Below are positions 1 to 8,510 of a stretch of DNA of 32,000 nucleotides, one piece after another. Source of the stretch: Candidatus Brocadia sp. Lineage in GTDB: Bacteria > Planctomycetota > Brocadiia > Brocadiales > Brocadiaceae. Position 1 is the first letter of the stretch. Every line of letters begins with the position of its first letter. A model generated the notes under the pieces. It did not search any database, was not told where the DNA came from, and was given only the letters and a program-made list of their open reading frames with translations. The position numbers and the translations under genes were made by a program. The stretch is from the NCBI GenBank assembly GCA_021650915.1, contig CP091279.1, positions 2,340,001-2,372,000 of the forward strand, read 5' to 3'.

Positions 1-468
1 CTCGATAACCACCAGCCCATGGGCACGGGCAATAGCAAGTACAACATCCATGTTCGCACACTGACCGTAGAGATGAACGACCAGGATCGCCTTGGTCTTT
101 TTCGTGACTGCAGCAGCAATCTTCGCAACGTCGATATTATACGTCAGGGGATCGATATCCACAAAAACGGGAACCGCCCCCACGCGCGCAATGGAACTTG
201 CCGTTGCGAAGAAAGTAAAAGGCGTTGTAATAACCTCATCGCCACTCTTGATATCGCATGCCATTAAGGCCAGCAATAGGGCGTCTGTACCCGATGACAC
301 CCCAAGGGCATGCTTCACACAACAAAATTGTGCAATCTTACTTTCAAACGATTCGACATAGGGTCCCAGAATGAAGGACTGGCTACTGATTACTTCTAAA
401 ACCGCTCTATTTATTTCTTCCCGGATCGTTTCATACTGTCGTTTTAAATCCAGAGAACTTACTTTCAT
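1..468 (-). CDS. DegT/DnrJ/EryC1/StrS-family PLP-dependent aminotransferase, N-terminal 156 codons (gene continues beyond window start)
   Basis: Absent from the ORF track because it is open at the window edge. Reverse-strand ATG at 466-468. My translation MKVSSLDLKRQYETIREEINRAVLEVISSQSFILGPYVESFESKIAQFCCVKHALGVSSGTDALLLALMACDIKSGDEVITTPFTFFATASSIARVGAVPVFVDIDPLTYNID... follows the family N-terminal pattern (GVSSGTDAL, TTPFTFxAT, VFVDID). Confidence 0.8.
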   Translation of the reverse strand, partial: MKVSSLDLKRQYETIREEINRAVLEVISSQSFILGPYVESFESKIAQFCCVKHALGVSSGTDALLLALMACDIKSGDEVITTPFTFFATASSIARVGAVPVFVDIDPLTYNIDVAKIAAAVTKKTKAILVVHLYGQCANMDVVLAIARAHGLVVIE

Positions 469-656
469 CAAGAAAACAATCGTTTTTATGAATTGATTAA
501 ATATTAGTCCGTAAGTTTGCTAAACCATTATATTTGCATCAGTGCTGGCAATCATTATATTGAGAGAGACGGGATTTGTCAATAAAAAAGACGACCTGAA
601 GGATTTTCTGTTTTTCTTCCCTCTAAGCAAATGGCAGAATGTAATAATAATTAGGC

Positions 657-684
657 TTGACACTCCTAGATATATTTGTACTAT
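657..684 (+). promoter_or_regulatory. candidate sigma70-type promoter (TTGACA - 16 nt - TACTAT)
   Basis: TTGACA at 657-662 and TACTAT at 679-684, in the ~480-bp intergenic region upstream of the ORF at 952. Sequence match only. Confidence 0.25.
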
Positions 685-951
685 AGGGAAACTCTGAATT
701 ATCATTGAAAAGGTTATAAAACGTATCATTAATTACACGACTACGTGTTGTATCCTTTGATGCAAGAGAAAGATTAACAATGTACATAAACGATGCAAGA
801 TGTCAGAACTACGCCTTGACGTGTCAAAGGGATTGCCTGATGATGCCTTTGAAAAACTCTTTATGAAGGATTGCCTTGAAATAATCGACGATTTTTCTCT
901 ACCCTAACGAAATCGATTAACACACCGGGAAAACCAGATGCGCAACGAATA

Positions 952-1296
952 ATGCAACTAAAAAACTTCGTATTTTATTTTATGCTCGGTGGGGGTATTG
1001 TAAGTACTGTAACTTTTTTGGGTTCACAAGGTAAAGGACTTTTGGCGGCCTTTGTGGCTACTTTTCCCACCATGACAGTACTTACCTTTGCCTTGATCCA
1101 TGGCAAGGCGGGACAATCTGCCACCTTAGATTATGCCAAGGGGTTGCTCTTCATGACCCCTCCATGGATTTTTTATGTGATATGTCTTATCCTCTTATTG
1201 CCAAGATGGGGCTTTCTGAAATCTCTTATTGTTGGTGTGCTCACGTACATGATCCTCGCTGGTCTTGTAAGTGTTGTTATACGACATCTTAAATAA
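952..1296 (+). CDS. small polytopic membrane protein (about 4 predicted TM helices; DUF3147-like by recollection)
   Basis: 114-aa ORF, strongly hydrophobic with Gly-rich helices (MLGGGIVSTVTFLG..., LLAAFVATFPTMTVLTFALI..., WIFYVICLILLL..., LIVGVLTYMILAGLVSVVI). No overlapping better ORF. Confidence 0.55.
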   Translation: MQLKNFVFYFMLGGGIVSTVTFLGSQGKGLLAAFVATFPTMTVLTFALIHGKAGQSATLDYAKGLLFMTPPWIFYVICLILLLPRWGFLKSLIVGVLTYMILAGLVSVVIRHLK

Positions 1297-1371
1297 CCTG
1301 AGCAGGGCAAAACGGCAAAAGATTATCATCGGATTTTTTACCATTGATGGCAGAGAAGTGTTCATCAATCC

Positions 1372-2178
1372 ATGTACAGAATTAACAAATATCATTTTAA
1401 CGAATTCAAATGCCAGGCAAGCTTGCATAAGTCCAATTACGCCGTTTTAATCAACGTGTCAGATACCGGAATAAAATATTCACCCGATTTTGATTTTTCC
1501 GAAGAATATTACATCCTCAAGGAACTCAGTCACCCGCAAATACCCATTACGAGTGATTTTGGAGAGGGAGAATTATTCAGAGACGACAAATTTTTAATCA
1601 AGCAAAATTTTATTGTCTTGCAACATGTTCATGGATATGACTTGGTAGATTACTTCGCTGAAAAGGATATTGAAAATGCAGGAACACTTGATGAAGTTAT
1701 CAAATCATTTATATCCGTCTGCGACCCCCTGCAACACGTCCATAACAAACATTACATTCATTGCGATTTAAAACCCGGGCATCTGATCCTGAATCAAAAA
1801 ACCGGACTCGTGCATCTTATCGACTTTGAGCTGGCTATCAAACGGGGCGGCATCATTAAGGGAATTAGCAAAGAATATGCGTCACCGGAACAATTACAGA
1901 TGCTTAACTACCTGAAGGATCTGCCGAGAAAGGTACATTATGAAACCATCTCCTCTACCATCCGGCTGGACGGCAGGACAGACCTCTATTCTCTGGGCCT
2001 CATCTTCTATCAGATAGTAACAAAAAAATTATGGCAGGTAGAAAAGGCATCACCCTGTAAAATAAATAGCCACATCCCACAGAAACTCGAAGAGGTCCTG
2101 CATAGTCTCCTGGAGGTAAATCCCTCCCAGAGAATTGCGTCTGCAGAGGAAGTAAAAAGGGTATTGATGAGTGTGTAA
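1372..2178 (+). CDS. protein-kinase-like protein (Hanks-type catalytic loop, atypical N-lobe)
   Basis: 268-aa ORF with HCDLKPGHLILN (HxDLKPxN catalytic loop), IDFELA (DFG-like, here DFE), SPEQ (APE-like) and a C-lobe segment DLYSLGLIFYQIVT. No GxGxxG loop or VAIK lysine recognised. Confidence 0.7.
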   Translation: MYRINKYHFNEFKCQASLHKSNYAVLINVSDTGIKYSPDFDFSEEYYILKELSHPQIPITSDFGEGELFRDDKFLIKQNFIVLQHVHGYDLVDYFAEKDIENAGTLDEVIKSFISVCDPLQHVHNKHYIHCDLKPGHLILNQKTGLVHLIDFELAIKRGGIIKGISKEYASPEQLQMLNYLKDLPRKVHYETISSTIRLDGRTDLYSLGLIFYQIVTKKLWQVEKASPCKINSHIPQKLEEVLHSLLEVNPSQRIASAEEVKRVLMSV

Positions 2179-2215
2179 GGTCTGCAAACTTCTTTTCATG
2201 CTGTACGGATAGCCT

Positions 2216-3139
2216 ATGAAAAACATTATCATATCAGACATCCATAGTAACGTTGATGCCTTGCTGGCGGTAGTGAAAGAAATCGCCGGGAAGGAATTCC
2301 CGATCTCCCGGATCCTGATCGCCGGCGATATCGTTGGCTACGGCGCGTCACCCAATGAATGCTGCGACGTCGTCCGTTTCTTACTCTATGGCAGAAAGGC
2401 AGTGGAGGTAACAAAAATCAATGAAATTGCCGCACAGCCATATCTTGATTCCCATCAGCAGCATGATCTGTACCATGCCCTTCTTGCCTTGGAAAAGAAG
2501 GGACTCGCCATCGGCGGAAATCACGACAGGGAAGCAGCCGGAGAACCTTCCCTGACGAGCGAAATGAACCCCGTAGCATTGGCTGCCATCAACTGGACAA
2601 AAGGGGTGTTGACAAAAGAGAATCTTAAGTTTTTACGAGGCCTTTCCCTGAGGATGAAGTTTGGCAAAGAAGGATTCGAAATCGTACACAGTACCCCTTC
2701 TTATCCACGGGGTTATGAATATGTCAGAAATGCCGGCGTGCTAAAGTACACCACACTGTGGTCGCCGGTTACCTTTGGAGGCCATACGCACCGTCCGTCA
2801 GCTTATATCTACACCAGAGAAACCAGGACTGTGAATGCCTCGGTTCTTGTTCCGGCAGATAATTACGATATGAGGCTTATGCTCATCGAAAAGGAATCAA
2901 CGAACAAGGTGGAATCATTTGCTATCGACTCAAGCAAGGATTGGAAGTATTATGTCAACGTGGGATCGGTGGGTCAGCCGCGGGATGGAAACCCTCATGC
3001 ATGTTACGTAATATTCGATTCTACCGAAAAACATCTCGAGTTTAAACGGGTATCGTATAATGCTGAAGCTGCATCAAAAAGAATAACCGAGGCAAAGCTA
3101 CCGAAAGAGTTGTCAGAAAGGGTATTAAAGGGTGTCTGA
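2216..3139 (+). CDS. calcineurin-like metallophosphoesterase
   Basis: 307-aa ORF with the four metallophosphoesterase motifs ISDIHSN, GDIVGYG, GGNHD, GGHTH. Starts 37 nt after the kinase-like ORF on the same strand. Confidence 0.8.
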   Translation: MKNIIISDIHSNVDALLAVVKEIAGKEFPISRILIAGDIVGYGASPNECCDVVRFLLYGRKAVEVTKINEIAAQPYLDSHQQHDLYHALLALEKKGLAIGGNHDREAAGEPSLTSEMNPVALAAINWTKGVLTKENLKFLRGLSLRMKFGKEGFEIVHSTPSYPRGYEYVRNAGVLKYTTLWSPVTFGGHTHRPSAYIYTRETRTVNASVLVPADNYDMRLMLIEKESTNKVESFAIDSSKDWKYYVNVGSVGQPRDGNPHACYVIFDSTEKHLEFKRVSYNAEAASKRITEAKLPKELSERVLKGV

Positions 3140-3209
3140 TTTCATGCCAAAACAGGAAATTTGGTAATAAGGCAGTTTTTGAAAAACATTTCCATCGATG
3201 TTAATTTGC

Positions 3210-3255
3210 GTAGGTAGATTAAGGCGTCGGTTTGTACGCCGAATCCACCAATACT
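3210..3255. repeat. REP-like palindromic element, copy A (GGTGGATT...AATCYACC family)
   Basis: The reverse complement AGTATTGGTGGATTCGGCGTACAAACCGACGCCTTAATCTACCTAC matches 19345-19391 with 4 mismatches. Nested stems GGTGGATT/AATCTACC and GGCGT/ACGCC. Lies between the convergent ends of the phosphoesterase gene and moaC. Confidence 0.75.
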
Positions 3256-3256
3256 G

Positions 3257-3742
3257 TTATCGAGAATTTTTATCAAAAACAAAGGCCCCGCTTTTTCCAC
3301 CCGATTTTTTCACCAGATGAATATCGCTGATTACCATCCCCTTATCTGCAGCCTTGCACATATCGTATATCGTAATAGCACAGACGGCAGCCGCAGTAAT
3401 TGCCTCCATCTCCACTCCGGTCTTTCCGGTCACCCTCACCTCTGACAGCACATCAATTTCATTTACCGAATTGTTCGTGTAGTCAATTTTCACGCTCGTC
3501 AGGTTGAGCGGATGACACATCGGAATCAGGGTGCAGGTCTGCTTTGCAGCCATAATACCTGCAACTCTTGCCACCTCCAGCACGTCCCCTTTCTGCACCT
3601 TTTTATCCATAATAAGCCGAAAGGTCTCAGGTTTCATCACAATCTTTGCATGGGCGACGGCAACCCTGTCCGTAATTTCTTTATTGCTGACATCCACCAT
3701 GCGGGACGCGCCCTGCTCATCAAAATGGGTTAACGGTGTCAT
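3257..3742 (-). CDS. moaC: cyclic pyranopterin monophosphate synthase MoaC
   Basis: 161-aa ORF. LTHFDEQGASRMVDVSNKEITDRVAVA..., TLIPMCHPL, VTGKTGVEMEAITAAAV are the conserved MoaC blocks. Confidence 0.9.
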   Translation of the reverse strand: MTPLTHFDEQGASRMVDVSNKEITDRVAVAHAKIVMKPETFRLIMDKKVQKGDVLEVARVAGIMAAKQTCTLIPMCHPLNLTSVKIDYTNNSVNEIDVLSEVRVTGKTGVEMEAITAAAVCAITIYDMCKAADKGMVISDIHLVKKSGGKSGAFVFDKNSR

Positions 3743-3938
3743 GGCCTAATATTTTCCTCCTCTTTTATTTTTATCATCATAAAACAAACTAAAGATTTTT
3801 CAAGATATAAAAATTCTTTGCCCCTGACAACTGAGTTTTCCAAGAAAAACAACGGTTTAAAATTATTGACAAAGAGAGGCCAGATAGGTAACATTGAACT
3901 TTCTCTGTCTGAAAAATTTTTCATTATGTTGTGATAGT

Positions 3939-4808
3939 ATGCAGTTTGGAACCGTCTGTATCATTGGCCCGGGACTCATTGGTGGCTCCGTTGGGCTGGG
4001 ATTGAAAAAGAGAGATCTGGCAAAGGCCGTCATTGGGGTAGGCCACAAGGCCTCTTCCATCGAAAATGCCTTGAAGATGCAGGCCATCGACAGCGGCACC
4101 TTAGATATTGACTCGGCGGTGAAAGACGCTGATATTGTCATACTCGCCACAGCGGTGGATAAAATTATTGATACGGCAACAAGGGTCATTCCTCTTATGA
4201 AAGGCAATGCCATCCTTACCGATGTGGGCAGCACAAAAAATGAGATCGTGAAACAAATAACCCGTACTTTGAGAGAAGACATTGCGTTTGTCGGTTCACA
4301 TCCTATTGCAGGATCAGAACAAAGGGGCGTTGAATACGCATCATCTGACCTTTTTGCAGGCTGCAACTGTATCCTAACGCCGCCCAGCAGGCATGCAAAG
4401 GGAGTAGAGACCATTGCTTCTCTGTGGCAACTTTTAGGGGCGAGAATTATCTATCTAAGCCCGGAACAGCATGACGAAATACTTGCATACGTGAGTCACC
4501 TCCCACACCTCATTGCCTCGTGCCTGGTAAACTCCATCAAGCAGGAACATCTTGTGTATGCCGCCAGTGGATTAAGAGATACCACAAGGGTCGCTTCTGG
4601 TGACCCGGAGCTATGGATAAATATCTTTGATCAAAATCGTGAAAATGTTATACGATCCATTGATCAACTTATGGCTGAACTTACCGGATTTAGAAATGAC
4701 CTGGTAAAGAGAAACGATGCTTCACTCCTTGATAGATTAACAAAAGCAAAGGTGTCACGTGACAGCGTATTTCATAATAACTCGAAAAATCAGGGTATGA
4801 ATAAATAG
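3939..4808 (+). CDS. tyrA: prephenate dehydrogenase
   Basis: ORF 3894-4808. I prefer the internal ATG at 3939 (MQFGTVCIIGPGLIGGSVGLGL = Rossmann GxGxxG at the N-terminus). GSHPIAGSEQRG and SHLPHLIA are typical TyrA motifs. Confidence 0.8.
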   Translation: MQFGTVCIIGPGLIGGSVGLGLKKRDLAKAVIGVGHKASSIENALKMQAIDSGTLDIDSAVKDADIVILATAVDKIIDTATRVIPLMKGNAILTDVGSTKNEIVKQITRTLREDIAFVGSHPIAGSEQRGVEYASSDLFAGCNCILTPPSRHAKGVETIASLWQLLGARIIYLSPEQHDEILAYVSHLPHLIASCLVNSIKQEHLVYAASGLRDTTRVASGDPELWINIFDQNRENVIRSIDQLMAELTGFRNDLVKRNDASLLDRLTKAKVSRDSVFHNNSKNQGMNK

Positions 4809-4813
4809 ATCCT

Positions 4814-7690
4814 ATGTACTCAAGAATTGAAGTGTTTTTTAAGGACGCATTCCCCGATCCTTTGGGGAACACCATACGATCGGAAATCGAGGCGTTTGGT
4901 TTTCAGGGAATTACCAACGTTAGGGTCTGCCAGGTTTATATCCTCTTTGGAAAGGTAAGGAAAAATGACCTGGACACCATTGCTCAAAAACTCCTGACGG
5001 ATACGATCACGCAACATTATGAATGCAATCCTGCCATATTTACCAAGATAGGAGCGAACGGCCGTTCACCCCTGCATATTGTCGAAATCAGCCGCAAGCC
5101 AGGCGTCATGGACCCCGTTGAACAATCGGTTTTGAAGGCGATTCGTGATATGGGAATAGACGTTGAAGGCGCTAAAACTGCCCAAAAGTATCTCATCGAT
5201 GGGAATATATCTGATGAGGCAATCCACAATATAGCAACCAGAATCCTTGCAAACACCAAGATAGAAGATGTCTTTGTCTATCCTGAGACACCCAATTACA
5301 ACCACGGCACTCTTCAGTACACCCTGAAAAAACTGACTGTACCGCTATTACAAGCAGACGACAAACAATTGGAAGAGATAAGCATTCGCGGCCAGTTGTC
5401 CTTAAATATACCTGAGATGCAATCGATCCAAAGATACTACCAGTCTCTGAAACGAGAACCCACCGACGTTGAGCTGGAAACCATTGCGCAGACCTGGTCT
5501 GAACACTGCTTCCATAAAACCTTCAAAGGGATTATCGATTTCAACGGAAATACGATCGACAACCTTCTGCAACATACCATCATGAAGGCAACCAAAGAAC
5601 TGAATAAACCCTGGTGTGTATCGGTATTTAAAGACAACGCAGGGATTATTGATTTTGATAACACCTATAACGTCTGTTTTAAGGTGGAGACACACAACCA
5701 CCCATCAGCTATCGAGCCTTACGGGGGAGCCAACACCGGTATTGGCGGAGTGATCAGGGATATTATGGGCACAGGATTGGGGGGAAAACCCATCCTCAAT
5801 ACCGATGTGTTTTGCTTTGGTATTCCAGACACCCCGGCGGATAAAATCCCCAAAGGCGTTCTGCATCCAAAGAGGATTTTCAAGGGTGTTATTGCCGGTG
5901 TCAGGGATTATGGCAACCGTATGGGCATCCCCACTGCCAACGGCGCTATCTTCTTTGATGAACGATACCTTGGCAACCCTATCGTTTTTTGCGGCACGGT
6001 AGGTCTTATTCCCAAAAATATGTGTCAGAAAGAGGCCCACCCCCATGACCTCATTGTGGTTGCCGGTGGCAGAACGGGACGGGACGGCATACACGGGGCA
6101 ACATTCTCTTCGGCAGAACTACATGAGCAATCCGAACAGATGTCCGGCGGTGCCGTACAGATCGGCAATGCCATAGCGGAGAAGGCCTTGCTGGACGTGC
6201 TTTTACAGGCCCGCGACAAGGATCTGTACCATTGCATCACCGATTGCGGAGCCGGCGGGCTGTCTTCTGCGGTAGGTGAGATGGGCCAAGACCTCGGCGC
6301 CATGGTCAATCTGGAAAAGGTGCCTCTCAAATACGAGGGGCTTTCCTACACTGAAATCTGGATCTCTGAGGCACAGGAACGCATGGTACTCGCCGTTCCA
6401 CCGGAAAGCGAGCATGAAATCCTTGAACTATTTAAATCAGAAAACGTTGAGGCCACCGTTATCGGAAGATTCACCAACGATAAAATACTCCGCCTCTTTT
6501 ACCATTCCCACCTGGTTGGTGAGATAGGAATGGACTTTCTCCATAAAGGCATACCCAGGCTGGAACGCAAGGCCACATGGCATAAACCCTTGCTTGAGGA
6601 GCCGGCGCTGCCGGAAAAAGAAGATTTTGGAACCGATTTAAAAAAGATCCTTTCTTCATGGAACGTCTGCAGCAAGGAATGGGTAATACGCCAATACGAC
6701 CATGAGGTGCAGGGCGGAAGTGTACTAAAACCGCTTCATGGCTTACACAATGATGGGCCAGGTGATGCCTGTATGATTACACCCGTATTGGGGTCCACAA
6801 AAGGCATTATTGTATCCAATGGCATGAACCCACGATACGGTGATATCGACCCGTATCACATGGCTGCCTCCGCCATTGATGAGGCGCTGCGGCAGATCAT
6901 AGCCGTTGGTGGAAATTTAGGGCAGGTTGCACTCTTAGACAACTTCTGCTGGGGTAACACCAACAAGCCTGACCGTCTTGGCAGCCTCGTGAGGGCTGCA
7001 CAGGCATGTTACGACATTGCCATCACATACGGAACTCCATTTATATCCGGGAAAGACAGTCTGAACAACGAATTCGTCACGGATAAAGAGACGATTGTGA
7101 TCCCCCCAACCTTGCTCATCTCTGCTGTTTCGGTAATAGAAGACGTACGGAACGCCGTATCCATGGATATCAAAGAACCAGGAAACCTGGTCTATATTAT
7201 AGGGATCACTCGTCCGGAGCTCGGTGGTTCGCATTATTACCACATCCACGGATATAAGGGAAATAACGTCCCAAAGGTTGATGCCGTCTTAGGGAAAAAT
7301 GTTATGCATGCCGTATCGCAGGCAACATCACAGAGGATTATCAGGTCGTGCCATGACTGCTCCGAAGGCGGCCTTGCTGTTGCTGCAGCAGAAATGGCAT
7401 TTGCAGGAGGCTATGGCATGTCGCTTAACCTTTCTGGCGTAGTCACAGAAGGACCAGTTCATAGGAATGATACCATTCTCTTTTCTGAATCAAACAGCCG
7501 ATTTATCGTTGAGGTCCGCCCCGAACATCAGAAACAATTTGAGACGTTAATGAAAGACATTCCATGTGGGCTGTTGGGAAAGGTTACATCAGAACCACTT
7601 CTTAAAATCTATGGCTTAACCAACAAACTCATTGTTAGCGAGAACATTTACGATCTGAAAGATGCGTGGCAAGCGCCACTGAGATGGTGA
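4814..7690 (+). CDS. purL: phosphoribosylformylglycinamidine synthase, PurS-PurS-PurL fusion
   Basis: 958-aa ORF. The PurL core has ETHNHPSAIEPYGGANTGIGGVIRD and later AIR-synthase-like repeats. The first ~170 aa contain two PurS-like repeats (VFFKDAFPDPLGNTIRSEIEAFGFQGITNVRV... and VEISRKPGVMDPVEQSVLKAIRDMGIDVEGAKTAQ...). Starts 6 nt after tyrA. Confidence 0.9.
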   Translation: MYSRIEVFFKDAFPDPLGNTIRSEIEAFGFQGITNVRVCQVYILFGKVRKNDLDTIAQKLLTDTITQHYECNPAIFTKIGANGRSPLHIVEISRKPGVMDPVEQSVLKAIRDMGIDVEGAKTAQKYLIDGNISDEAIHNIATRILANTKIEDVFVYPETPNYNHGTLQYTLKKLTVPLLQADDKQLEEISIRGQLSLNIPEMQSIQRYYQSLKREPTDVELETIAQTWSEHCFHKTFKGIIDFNGNTIDNLLQHTIMKATKELNKPWCVSVFKDNAGIIDFDNTYNVCFKVETHNHPSAIEPYGGANTGIGGVIRDIMGTGLGGKPILNTDVFCFGIPDTPADKIPKGVLHPKRIFKGVIAGVRDYGNRMGIPTANGAIFFDERYLGNPIVFCGTVGLIPKNMCQKEAHPHDLIVVAGGRTGRDGIHGATFSSAELHEQSEQMSGGAVQIGNAIAEKALLDVLLQARDKDLYHCITDCGAGGLSSAVGEMGQDLGAMVNLEKVPLKYEGLSYTEIWISEAQERMVLAVPPESEHEILELFKSENVEATVIGRFTNDKILRLFYHSHLVGEIGMDFLHKGIPRLERKATWHKPLLEEPALPEKEDFGTDLKKILSSWNVCSKEWVIRQYDHEVQGGSVLKPLHGLHNDGPGDACMITPVLGSTKGIIVSNGMNPRYGDIDPYHMAASAIDEALRQIIAVGGNLGQVALLDNFCWGNTNKPDRLGSLVRAAQACYDIAITYGTPFISGKDSLNNEFVTDKETIVIPPTLLISAVSVIEDVRNAVSMDIKEPGNLVYIIGITRPELGGSHYYHIHGYKGNNVPKVDAVLGKNVMHAVSQATSQRIIRSCHDCSEGGLAVAAAEMAFAGGYGMSLNLSGVVTEGPVHRNDTILFSESNSRFIVEVRPEHQKQFETLMKDIPCGLLGKVTSEPLLKIYGLTNKLIVSENIYDLKDAWQAPLRW
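5049..5075. repeat. degenerate GC-rich palindromic element embedded in-frame in purL
   Basis: AGGAGCGAACGGCCGTTCACCCCT (5050-5073) is a 24-nt palindrome with 10 of 12 positions pairing. It shares the TAGG[G/A]GCGAA...CCCCT[A/G]C design of the palindrome in the MITE at 8230-8303. It encodes GANGRSPL in the linker between the two PurS-like repeats. Confidence 0.6.
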
Positions 7691-8176
7691 GTAGTGTTTT
7701 ACAAAAAATATTTTTATCATTACCTGGCTTATCAAGTAATACAAGGCTTACAAGCCAATTTTGAGTGGCACATACTTTTTAAAAATACACGAGCAGTTAC
7801 TTCTGAGTTTTTTGACTTACTAACCCGAACTCAATCAAGTAAAGAATCCACCCGCGGAGCAGGTGGCTTTGGGTTAACCCCTAAAAGGGGATAAGTTTGC
7901 CATTTGTACTCATTACGCAAACTGTAAGTAATTCCCGTGGTGTGCAGAACTAACTGCGATTCGTTTTCATGCAACCAAAATGCTTCTTTGAGATATGAGC
8001 GGTAAGCCTATTTGTATTTTCAACGTTTTATACTCAAAATTGAACATCTCTTGGGGAAAATACCGGCATGGCGAAAACCAGTTCCGTCATACTTATCGAA
8101 GGGGATAGCTGGCATAGCCGTTGTTCTCTGACCACGCCCACAGGACGTGGTTTTCTACATTATTAATAAAAAAATG

Positions 8177-8327
8177 GTAACACTTTAGTTTTTTGAAAAA
8201 TTACAATAATAACGATATTACCGCATGGTGTAGGGGCGAAGCATTTGCCATAAATTGGTATAAATGTATTCATACCCCAAGCTGGCAAATGCTTCGCCCC
8301 TACTTTTTCAAAAAACTAAAGTGTTAC
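8177..8327. mobile_element. 151-bp MITE (24-bp perfect TIRs, 8-bp target-site duplication)
   Basis: TIR GTAACACTTTAGTTTTTTGAAAAA at 8177-8200 is the exact reverse complement of 8304-8327. Direct repeat AAAAAATG lies immediately outside both ends (8169-8176, 8328-8335). Internal second perfect 21-bp inverted repeat GTAGGGGCGAAGCATTTGCCA (8230-8250 / 8283-8303). No ORF. Confidence 0.8.
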
Positions 8328-8510
8328 AAAAAATGATAGTACCTTGTGAGAACCGCTGAGTCATTGAAACGATGTTGGAGTTCACAAAGATGTTAATAGT
8401 CGTTTCCGATTTGTAATGTCGTCAGAAAAATATCGCTAGATGCCGGTATTTTCAGCAACGGCACAATGGCATTGAGCATCCGTAGTTGTCCTCCCTGCCC
8501 GAAGCTTACT

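Noticed and set aside
816-827. TTGAC-GT-GTCAA inverted repeat as an FNR/CRP-type operator
   Set aside because: Half-site spacing (2 nt) does not fit the TTGAT-N4-ATCAA architecture, and there is no second supporting feature.
3894-3938. Upstream ATG at 3894 for tyrA, and likewise 29306 for nfo
   Set aside because: The extensions (MNFLCLKNFSLCCDS; MERYEPVPIIPF) precede the conserved N-terminal motifs and look non-native. Internal ATGs preferred, though not proven.
5017-7249. Multiple 60-130-aa ORFs antisense or out of frame within purL (and likewise within the aconitase, cytochrome, RT and hypothetical genes)
   Set aside because: Nested inside long ORFs with strong family motifs, and they carry no motifs of their own.
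7694-7894. 66-aa + strand ORF just after purL
   Set aside because: GTG start overlapping the purL stop region, aromatic-rich low-complexity N-terminus, no recognisable motif. The region looks like non-coding hairpin-rich spacer.
8131-8155. Possible + strand terminator ACCACG-N9-CGTGGT followed by TTTT
   Set aside because: Only a 6-bp stem, and it lies ~440 nt after the nearest + strand stop. Too weak to call as a feature.
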